26,003 nucleotides of DNA from an uncultured Planctomycetales bacterium (GTDB lineage Bacteria > Planctomycetota > Planctomycetia > Pirellulales > JAEUIK01): contig CALKYM010000058.1 in assembly GCA_938003525.1 (NCBI GenBank), positions 1-26,003 of the forward strand. The letters run 5' to 3'. A model generated the notes under the pieces. It did not search any database and was not told where the DNA came from. It saw nothing but the letters and a program-made list of their open reading frames with translations. Below are positions 1-7,665 of the stretch, piece after piece. Position numbers and translations under genes: made by a program. Numbering within the stretch: the first letter of the stretch is position 1; the number at the start of each line of letters is the position of its first letter.

Positions 1-696
1 GCACGAATAATGCGATTAGCGCGGTCGCGTAGGATCTGATTCTGGTGTGCTAGCGATGAGCGGATCGCAGCGCGCCCGGCCAATCTAGCCACGTTCGCGT
101 TCGATCATGCCCGCGCTGGAATCATGTGTACTCGGCATGCTGCCCTAGCCCTTGCCGGTAGCCCCAGCGAATGAGTTCCACATCGCGGCCGAGCAATCAA
201 CTGACTGCCGGGAGGAGAGCTGGAGCGGCCGATTGGTCATTGCGATTAGCCATTTATCGAGTTTCGGTCGCCAGAGACGGGCGTACACAAAGTCAGTCAG
301 ACCCTCGTGGCGAGCTCCCGCGACTGCGGCGGAAATCGCCTGATGACGCCAAGTTGACGCGCGCCGCAGGAACAACGACTCCCTCTCTGTGTGCGGAATC
401 GCGCAACGTCCCGCACACCATCTGTGTGCTTCGCGGCACAAAGGACCCGACCAACCCGGTAATTGGTCCTTCGTGACTGTGGAATTGATATCTCGATTTC
501 GCGGCGCACCGTTTGCAGATTACCGCGACCGCCAGATGCTCATGCGAAGCATAGTTCTGGTTCGCGACGAGTTGAGAGGGGGCCACGGTTTCTGAGTAGC
601 TCATCGGCGTTTCTCCCCTACAAGGGAGCAGATGCGCCCGCATCGAGGCAAGAGCGAGCGGCTGCCGACAGGGCAGCCAAGACGGAGTGGGCAGCC

Positions 697-2592
697 ATGC
701 ATGGCTATCGGGTTGAAGTCCCCTCGGCCGACTATTGGCGGCGACAGATCAATTGTCAGCAGGCATGTCCGGTGCACACGGACGCTCGCGGCTATGTGCG
801 AGCCATTGCCGACGGACGCTACGAGGATGCGTACCTGATCGCCCGTGGCCCTAATCCTTTGGCCTCTATTTGCGGCCGGGTATGCGGCGCGCCTTGCGAG
901 GCAGCGTGCCGTCGGGGCGATGTCGACGAGGCGGTCTCGATTCGCGCGTTGAAGCGATTCGTTACCGACAAGTTCGACGAGATCGCGCATCCTTCATCTC
1001 CCGAGTCCCTGATCGGGCGGCTGATCGAACATGCCCGGACGCGAGACTGCGGCCGCACGGAGGAGTTGAGCGCCTACCAGCACTTTCTGCAACAGGGCGC
1101 CGCGCGGTCGAACTCACGCGGCGAAAAGGTGGCGATCATCGGGTCGGGACCAGCCGGGCTGGCAGCAGCGCACGATCTTGCGCTGCTGGGGTTTCGACCG
1201 ACTGTTTACGAAATGGAACCTATTCCGGCAGGGATGCTCACTGTCGGAATACCGCAGTATCGGCTGCCGCGAAAGTTGATCGCGGCAGAGGTCGAGTTCA
1301 TCCGCCAACTCGGTGTCGAATTCGTCTGCAATACGACCGTCGGAGTCGACATTGGATTCGACGAGATCCGGGAGCAACACCAGGCAACGCTCATTGCGAC
1401 CGGGCTAAAGCGGTCGCGAGCGCTGCCTCTGCCAGGCTCGGATGCCAATGGCGTCCTGGGCGGAATCGAGTTTTTGCGGGATGTCGCGCTAGGCCATCCT
1501 ATCGATCTCCGCGGTGACGTCGTCGTGATCGGTGGTGGCAACGTCGCTTACGACGTGGCGCGGACCGTAATTCGCCAGACTTCCGTCGACATCTCACGCA
1601 CGGCGCTGCGCCGCCCCGAAGTACGGCAAGTGCATCTGTGCAGCCTGGAAAGCCTGGAAGAGTTGCCAGCCGACGACATCGAGATCATCGAGGGTGACGA
1701 AGAGGGCGTGCAGCGACACCACAGTCTGGGCCCCAAGGAGATACTCAAGGACGACTCAGGAAACGTGCGGGGCGTGGTCTTTCAACGCTGCGTTCGCGTC
1801 TTTGACGACCAGGGCCGGTTCAATCCGGTCTTCGATACAGAAGAACTGACCACGCTCCATGCAGACACGGTCTTGTGGTCGATTGGGCAAGCGCCTGATC
1901 TGTCATTCATTGGCTCCGATGGCGACGTAAGGCTCACGAAGAACGGTCTCATCGAATGCGATCCGGCGTCTCAGAAAACGACCGCGGCTGATGTCTTCGT
2001 TGCCGGCGATATTTCGTACGGCCCGCGTCTGCTGATCGATGCGGTTGCCAGCGGCAAACAGGCTGCGCGGCGGATCTGCACGTTCATTCGCGGCACGAAA
2101 CTGGTCGAAGAGCCGACGCTCGTTCAGATCAATCTGCCGGACTACAAGCGCGAAGCCGACTACGAAAAACTGCCTCGCACTGCCGTACCCACGCTGAGCG
2201 CTGCCGAACGACAACATAGCCACCAAGCTCTGGTCGAGGTCGGCTTTAGCGAAACGCACGCGGTGACAGAGAGCTGTCGCTGCCTGGACTGCGGCATCAA
2301 CACGATCTTCGACTCTGACAAATGCATCCTCTGCGGAGGCTGCGCCGACGTTTGCCCCGAACTCTGCCTGGAACTGGTCTCGTTGGACCGGCTCGAAGGC
2401 GATCAAGCCTTGACCGAACTCCTAGAGCGCCGCGTCGATCGCGAAGAGCTCGACGCCTGGTCGGCGATCGTCAAGGACGAAACGAAGTGTATCCGCTGTG
2501 CGTTGTGCGCGGAACGCTGTCCGGTCGGAGCCATCACCATGGAGCGCGTGGCGTTCCAAGCCGTGTGGTCGATCGAGAATCAGGCAACCTGA
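697..2592 (+). CDS. GltD/NfnB-like NAD(P)H-dependent FAD oxidoreductase fused to a C-terminal 2x[4Fe-4S] ferredoxin domain. The six-frame ORF opens at 463 with a non-ATG codon; ATG 697 (MHGYRVEV...) is the likelier start.
   Basis: N-terminal Cys-rich GltD-type FeS region (CQQACPVHTD ... ICGRVCGAPCEAACRRG). Rossmann dinucleotide motif VAIIGSGPAGLAAAHDLALLG, and a second one VVVIGGGNVAYDVA. The C-terminus has two ferredoxin CxxCxxCxxxCP motifs (CILCGGCADVCPE, CIRCALCAERCPVG). No signal peptide, so predicted cytoplasmic. ATG at 697 confirmed in the sequence. Confidence 0.8.
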   Translation: MHGYRVEVPSADYWRRQINCQQACPVHTDARGYVRAIADGRYEDAYLIARGPNPLASICGRVCGAPCEAACRRGDVDEAVSIRALKRFVTDKFDEIAHPSSPESLIGRLIEHARTRDCGRTEELSAYQHFLQQGAARSNSRGEKVAIIGSGPAGLAAAHDLALLGFRPTVYEMEPIPAGMLTVGIPQYRLPRKLIAAEVEFIRQLGVEFVCNTTVGVDIGFDEIREQHQATLIATGLKRSRALPLPGSDANGVLGGIEFLRDVALGHPIDLRGDVVVIGGGNVAYDVARTVIRQTSVDISRTALRRPEVRQVHLCSLESLEELPADDIEIIEGDEEGVQRHHSLGPKEILKDDSGNVRGVVFQRCVRVFDDQGRFNPVFDTEELTTLHADTVLWSIGQAPDLSFIGSDGDVRLTKNGLIECDPASQKTTAADVFVAGDISYGPRLLIDAVASGKQAARRICTFIRGTKLVEEPTLVQINLPDYKREADYEKLPRTAVPTLSAAERQHSHQALVEVGFSETHAVTESCRCLDCGINTIFDSDKCILCGGCADVCPELCLELVSLDRLEGDQALTELLERRVDREELDAWSAIVKDETKCIRCALCAERCPVGAITMERVAFQAVWSIENQAT

Positions 2593-2610
2593 AGCGAAAG
2601 CGAGTGACTG

Positions 2611-3105
2611 ATGTCGACTGAACCGGGCGGCGACTTGCAAAGCAGCCAACGCTTCGCGCCACCCCAAGAGCGACGCGACTTCCTCGGGTTAGCCGCCATT
2701 TGGTCGGCAGTCGGAGCGTGCGCGTTTGCTTTGATCGGCGCGCTACGGCTGCCGATGCCGTCGGTGTTTCCAGAGTCCAATCCGAAAGTCAAGCTCGGCC
2801 CTCCGAGTCGGTTTCTTGACGCCGAAGTGACGGCCCTCCCGGAGCAGCGGCTGTGGGTGTATTCGACTTCGGAGGGGATGTACGCCATTTCGGCCGTGTG
2901 TACCCATCTGGGATGCATCGTTGCCAAAGAAGAAGACGGGTACTTCTGCCCCTGTCACGGCAGCCGATTCGACGCGATGGGCAACGTTGTGGCGGGCCCG
3001 GCTCCGCGCGGCTTGGTTTACCTCGAACTATCGATTTCACCCGACGGTCAGTTGGTCGTCGATCGACAAAAGGAAGTCGCCGCCGCCGTTCGCTTGAAAG
3101 CATAG
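2611..3105 (+). CDS. Rieske [2Fe-2S] iron-sulfur subunit of a cytochrome bc-type complex, with a Tat-type signal/TM anchor.
   Basis: Rieske box I CTHLGC and box II CPCHGS, 17 residues apart. N-terminal [25 protein letters not shown] is a twin-arginine motif followed by a hydrophobic helix. The gene starts 19 bp after the upstream gene. Confidence 0.85.
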   Translation: MSTEPGGDLQSSQRFAPPQERRDFLGLAAIWSAVGACAFALIGALRLPMPSVFPESNPKVKLGPPSRFLDAEVTALPEQRLWVYSTSEGMYAISAVCTHLGCIVAKEEDGYFCPCHGSRFDAMGNVVAGPAPRGLVYLELSISPDGQLVVDRQKEVAAAVRLKA

Positions 3106-3153
3106 ACGAACCCCATCGGTCAGCTACACGGCTAGTCGACGAGACGGACGAAC

Positions 3154-4707
3154 ATGAACCCCACTATGGCTCCCGAAACGCCTCCCGAGAAGAAGCCCAA
3201 GGCGTTGAGGCGGTTTCGCCGCAACTTGGCTGAGACGCCGCGGCTGTTTCGCGATTCGCTGGTCCGACACGGTCGGCCCACATCGGATCGCAGTGCGTCG
3301 CAGGCCATCTTCACCAACTTCTTCTTGCATATCATTCCGACCCGCATCGATCGCTACTCCCTGCGGATCCGAGCGACGCTGGGCTTGGGCGTGATCACAA
3401 CAGTGCTCTTCCTCCTGCTGACCGGAACGGGGATTGCACTGATGATCTACTACAAGCCCAGCACGGCGGAAGCCTACAACTCGATGAAGGACATTCACTA
3501 CGTCGTGCCAACAGGCCGCTTTATGCGAAACATCCACCGCTGGGCCGCCCACGGCATGGTGGCCTGCGTGTTTCTACATATGGCCCGCGCCTTTTACACC
3601 GGCGCCTACAAGGCCCCGCGCGAGTTCAATTGGGTTATCGGCATGGGGCTGTTCGTGTTGACCCTGTTCCTGAGTTTCACGGGTTACCTGCTGCCGTGGG
3701 ACCAGCTCGCGTTTTGGGCGGTCACCATCGGATCGGAAATCGCGCAATCACCGCGCGAGCTCACTGACGCCTTGGGCATCACGCAATGGTTCGATCCGGG
3801 CGGTGCGCAAAAACACATTTTGCTGGGCGCCAATCATGTGGGCGAAGAGGCCTTGATTCGGTTCTATGTCTTGCACGTGATCGTGCTCCCCTTGGCGACG
3901 ACCGTGCTCTTGGGCGTCCACTTCTGGCGGATTCGAAAAGACGGCGGTCTGACGCGACCTGCACGACCGGTAGTGCACGACCGCATTGTCGCCCAGCAAG
4001 CCCCCGCCAAGACCTATGGACTGATGGCGGTCGTGCGCGGGCGCACGCCGGCTGTGGATCGCGAGATGGCAACGACCGTGCCCGCTTGGCCCAACGCCAT
4101 CTTCGCCATTGCTGCGCTGAGCATGTTGACGATGGCGGTGATGCTGGCCCTGGGACTCGTGCTCGACGCGCCGCTAAAAGAAGAAGCCAACCCGGCCGTG
4201 CCTGAGAATCCTGCCAAGGCCCCCTGGTACTTCCTTGGTTTGCAGGAGCTCGTCAGTTACTCAGCGTTCATGGGTGGAATCGGCATTCCGGCCTTGGTCG
4301 TACTGGGCCTGATGCTGGTGCCGTATCTCGATCGCGAGCGGGAGAACATCGGCGTCTGGTTCGGCGGACGTCAGGGTAAATACGTGTGCCTGTTGTCGGC
4401 CGTGTTCACGGCAGCCGTGGTCGTGGGGATTCTCGCGTTCACCGTGACGCAAGGCTGGCTGCGCAATTGGTATCCCGATATCCCCCAGGTCGTGATCACG
4501 TTTGTGAACCCGGGGACGGTGATGCTGGTGATCTTCGCCCTCTGGTCGTTCGCGATCATGTCGGTCAGCAATTCAACGCGCATGGGTGCGTTGGCAGTCT
4601 TCACTTGTTTCCTGATCGCTTTCATCATCCTGACGTACTTTGCAATCGTGCATCGTGGCCCGAACTGGGATTTCTATTGGTCGCAGAGTCAGTGGCCCAG
4701 GCACTAG
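3154..4707 (+). CDS. Cytochrome b subunit of a bc-type complex. At 517 aa it is a long form with extra C-terminal helices.
   Basis: Helix-B haem-ligand region IHRWAAHGMVACVFLHMARAFYTGAY, which fits the Y.H..RG.Y..Y pattern. LLPWDQLAFWAVTIGSEIAQS segment. PEWY-type Qo motif present as APWYFLGLQE. Many hydrophobic helices through the C-terminus. Gene follows the Rieske gene after 48 bp. Confidence 0.85.
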   Translation: MNPTMAPETPPEKKPKALRRFRRNLAETPRLFRDSLVRHGRPTSDRSASQAIFTNFFLHIIPTRIDRYSLRIRATLGLGVITTVLFLLLTGTGIALMIYYKPSTAEAYNSMKDIHYVVPTGRFMRNIHRWAAHGMVACVFLHMARAFYTGAYKAPREFNWVIGMGLFVLTLFLSFTGYLLPWDQLAFWAVTIGSEIAQSPRELTDALGITQWFDPGGAQKHILLGANHVGEEALIRFYVLHVIVLPLATTVLLGVHFWRIRKDGGLTRPARPVVHDRIVAQQAPAKTYGLMAVVRGRTPAVDREMATTVPAWPNAIFAIAALSMLTMAVMLALGLVLDAPLKEEANPAVPENPAKAPWYFLGLQELVSYSAFMGGIGIPALVVLGLMLVPYLDRERENIGVWFGGRQGKYVCLLSAVFTAAVVVGILAFTVTQGWLRNWYPDIPQVVITFVNPGTVMLVIFALWSFAIMSVSNSTRMGALAVFTCFLIAFIILTYFAIVHRGPNWDFYWSQSQWPRH

Positions 4708-4719
4708 GAATATCGTGCG

Positions 4720-7515
4720 ATGGATGCTCCTCAAGTCACGCGTCTCAAGGTCATCTTGCTCGCCAGCAGTCTGGCGTGTTTGGTGCTCTTGGTAATCGCC
4801 GCCTCGGAAGAAAACCTGCTGGGCGAATGGCAGGGACACCAGCGGGCGTACGCGCGCGTGCTTGCACAGCAGGACAGCGAGGACGGAAGCGCTTCTGCGT
4901 TTAGCATCGAGCCGCGGCAGTTGTTTCTGGCGGATCTGAGCCGCGTCGATCGATGCGTGAGCTGCCATGTCGGCATCGACAATCCGTCGATGCAGAGCGA
5001 ACGCCTGCCACTGGCCAGCCATCCCGGCGACCTGCTCGAACATCATCCCATGGACAGGTTCGGATGTACGATCTGCCACGACGGGCAGGGGCGAGCGACG
5101 GTTGCCGCCGACGCCCACGGCGACTCGCCGCATTGGCCCGAACCGCTCTTGCGCGGCGACTTGGTCTACACGAGTTGCAGCCGGTGCCACTACGAGAATG
5201 ACCTCTACGGTGGCGAGTCGGACCTCTACGGCCAGAACAAGCCGCTCGACTACGTCCGCCAGGGGGAACTAGCCGCCCACGTCCCGGGCGCGGACAACAT
5301 CGCCCGCGGGAAAGCCTTGATGGTCAGCCGCGGCTGCCTGGGCTGTCACAAGTACCGGGCGCGGGGAGGTTCGTTGGGACCGGACATTACGCACGTTGGC
5401 GACAAGACCGTACACGACTTTGACTTCCGTCATGTACATGGTGACTACACGGTCCTCAACTGGCTGGTCACACACTTCAAATCGCCGACGGCCGTCGTAC
5501 CCAACACGGTGATGCCCGACATGGGGCTCTCGGATCAAGAAGCACACGATCTTGCCGAGTACATGATGAGCCTCAAGCGCAAGGAAGCGCCGGCTGAATA
5601 CACGCCGCTGCCGCGGCCGGTCGATGCGACACCCATACGCGGTGAAACGCTCTACACGATGTACTGCTCGGCGTGCCACGGCTCAGATGGCGTCGGCGCA
5701 CTGGTCCGCTCGGCGGAGGAAGCCAAAGCGCTCGACCGGCCGCGTGAGTTACTCACGCCGTCGCTGCGCAATATCGACACATTGGGAGTTTCCAGCGATG
5801 CGTATCTGCGGGCCATCGTTGATCGGGGCCGACCCGGCACCAGCATGCCGGCGTGGGGAGTGGATGGTGGACTGAGCAGCGACGACATCGACTTGGTTGT
5901 GGACTTCATTCGCCGCTGGGAGCCACAAGCTGCCGATCATTCCTACATCTCGGCGACGCGCGGCGATGCCCACTACGGCGGCGCTTTGTTCCGCGCCAAC
6001 TGCGCCGCCTGCCACGGTAGCGACGGGCGGGGTGGCGAAGTCGGGATATCGCTGCGCTCTTTGACGTTTCAGTCCATTGCCAGCGATGAGTTCATCGCTC
6101 AAACCATCCTCCGCGGACGGGCGAACACGGCCATGCCGTCTTGGGCTGAGTTCGACAACCGCGAGGTTAGCGATTTGCTCGCGTACATACGGCAATGGCA
6201 GCCTTTGCGATCCCAGCGGAGTGAAGTCCTCGCCAGCAATGTGCTGGCGTCGAACACCATGCCGCAAGATTCAGTGGCAACCGGGCTCAAGTTGTACCGC
6301 AGCCGCTGCGCCGTGTGCCATGGCGAAGATGGCGAAGGCAAGATCGGGCCGTCGCTCAACAATCAGTCGGTGTTACCAGTCGTCTCCGACGAGTTTCTGC
6401 ACGACACGGTCGTTTTGGGACGTCCCGGCACCGCGATGCCGGCATGGCGACAGCTCAGTTCCCTCGACGTTGTCGATCTGATCGCCTTGCTGCGGAGCTG
6501 GCAGATCAAGCCGGCGCGCGAATTGGATCCGGTTGCCGTGACCGGCGACCCGCAGTATGGAGCGTTGCTGTTCGAAGGCATGTGCGTCAGTTGCCATGGA
6601 CCGAATGCCGAGGGCTCCATCGGACCGCAGTTGTCCAACCCGGTCTTCCTGGCTTCGGTCAGCGACGAAACGCTGTTTGAGTGGATTGCACATGGCCGCA
6701 CAGGCACGCAGATGCGGCCGTTTTTGAAGGGTGAACAGGGAATCGTCGGACTCTCCTCTCCGCAAATCGTGGACATCATCACGTACATTCGGTCGCTACG
6801 TGGCCAACGCCCGATTCACGGGCAACAAATCGGGCTCGGCTTCGCCCCGCGAGGCGAAGTCCTCTATCGCCAGATGTGCGCAAGTTGCCACGGCCCAGAC
6901 GGTGCCGGCGCCACCGGTCCAGCCATACGCAACCCGGACTTCCTGGCGGCCGTATCCGACGGGTTCTTGCGGGCCACCATCGTGCTTGGCCGCGACGGGA
7001 CGGAGATGCGCTCGATGGGCCACGGTGGAGCGGGAATCGTCGAACTGCGTTCCGAACAGATCAACGATCTGGTCGCGTACCTGCGCAGCGCCGAGGACTC
7101 GCAGGACATTGCCCATCGGTTTGTGATCGGTGCGGATCCGAATCGAGGACACACGCTGTACGGCCAGTATTGCGCTGGTTGCCACGGGACCGAAGGTGTT
7201 GGCAATTTCGCACCCGAGTTGAACAACGCCGGCTTTCTTCGGGCCGCCACGGATGGTTACTTACAAGCGACGATTATTCGCGGGCGGCGCGGGACAGCGA
7301 TGCGCCCGTTTGGCGCCGGCCGCGCCGGCCTGGCAGAGCTGCCGCAGCGCGACATCAACGACATTGTCGCGTTCATTCGCCAATGGAGTCCCGATACGCG
7401 TCCGTTGCAGCGCACGGAACCGTTTCCCGAGGTGCCGCGCGAACTTGCCGAACTGCAGCCACCCCTGCGAGCCTCTGAAGGAGTGGTCGGCGCTTCGGGA
7501 AACGGCGCAGAGTAA
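4720..7515 (+). CDS. Membrane-anchored decahaem c-type cytochrome. An N-terminal TM helix precedes a tetrahaem block and six tandem class-I monohaem cytochrome c domains.
   Basis: Ten CxxCH motifs: CVSCH, CTICH, CSRCH, CLGCH, CSACH, CAACH, CAVCH, CVSCH, CASCH, CAGCH. N-terminal hydrophobic helix LKVILLASSLACLVLLVIAA. The last six motifs each sit in a repeat of about 100 aa, of the form G..L(F/Y)...C..CHG.DG ... (T/A)MP(A/S)W or TxMR, which gives a Met axial ligand. The repeat ends in a conserved (Y/F)(I/L)R(S/Q)(W/L) tail. Confidence 0.85.
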   Translation: MDAPQVTRLKVILLASSLACLVLLVIAASEENLLGEWQGHQRAYARVLAQQDSEDGSASAFSIEPRQLFLADLSRVDRCVSCHVGIDNPSMQSERLPLASHPGDLLEHHPMDRFGCTICHDGQGRATVAADAHGDSPHWPEPLLRGDLVYTSCSRCHYENDLYGGESDLYGQNKPLDYVRQGELAAHVPGADNIARGKALMVSRGCLGCHKYRARGGSLGPDITHVGDKTVHDFDFRHVHGDYTVLNWLVTHFKSPTAVVPNTVMPDMGLSDQEAHDLAEYMMSLKRKEAPAEYTPLPRPVDATPIRGETLYTMYCSACHGSDGVGALVRSAEEAKALDRPRELLTPSLRNIDTLGVSSDAYLRAIVDRGRPGTSMPAWGVDGGLSSDDIDLVVDFIRRWEPQAADHSYISATRGDAHYGGALFRANCAACHGSDGRGGEVGISLRSLTFQSIASDEFIAQTILRGRANTAMPSWAEFDNREVSDLLAYIRQWQPLRSQRSEVLASNVLASNTMPQDSVATGLKLYRSRCAVCHGEDGEGKIGPSLNNQSVLPVVSDEFLHDTVVLGRPGTAMPAWRQLSSLDVVDLIALLRSWQIKPARELDPVAVTGDPQYGALLFEGMCVSCHGPNAEGSIGPQLSNPVFLASVSDETLFEWIAHGRTGTQMRPFLKGEQGIVGLSSPQIVDIITYIRSLRGQRPIHGQQIGLGFAPRGEVLYRQMCASCHGPDGAGATGPAIRNPDFLAAVSDGFLRATIVLGRDGTEMRSMGHGGAGIVELRSEQINDLVAYLRSAEDSQDIAHRFVIGADPNRGHTLYGQYCAGCHGTEGVGNFAPELNNAGFLRAATDGYLQATIIRGRRGTAMRPFGAGRAGLAELPQRDINDIVAFIRQWSPDTRPLQRTEPFPEVPRELAELQPPLRASEGVVGASGNGAE

Positions 7516-7569
7516 GTGACCACACGTCCAGAGTAGGCGAGTCAAACAACTACGCGCCAGAACAATCAA

Positions 7570-7595
7570 CGGCGCAGCTCAAGGCGCCGCACTTT
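7570..7595 (+). terminator. GC hairpin with a short T-containing tail in the 150-bp gap between the cytochrome c gene and the molybdoenzyme gene. Candidate partial terminator, attenuator or processing site.
   Basis: CGGCGC-AGCTCAAG-GCGCCG is a perfect 6-bp stem with an 8-nt loop, followed by CACTTT. No long U tract, which is common in GC-rich genomes. Confidence 0.25.
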
Positions 7596-7665
7596 AGGAA
7601 AACGATAAGAAGCACACTTGATGCAGCGGTGAGCGAACACCGAACAGCCCTAAAGGATTCCAGTC

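Noticed and set aside
478-500. Possible FNR/CRP-type palindrome at TTGATATCTCGATT
   Set aside because: The second half-site does not match ATCAA. Only the AT-richness is notable.
145-643. Short ORFs in the leader region (145..441 -, 293..643 -, 171..476 +)
   Set aside because: They overlap one another and are compositionally biased, with no recognisable domains or ribosome-binding sites. Treated as non-coding, though a small regulator cannot be excluded.
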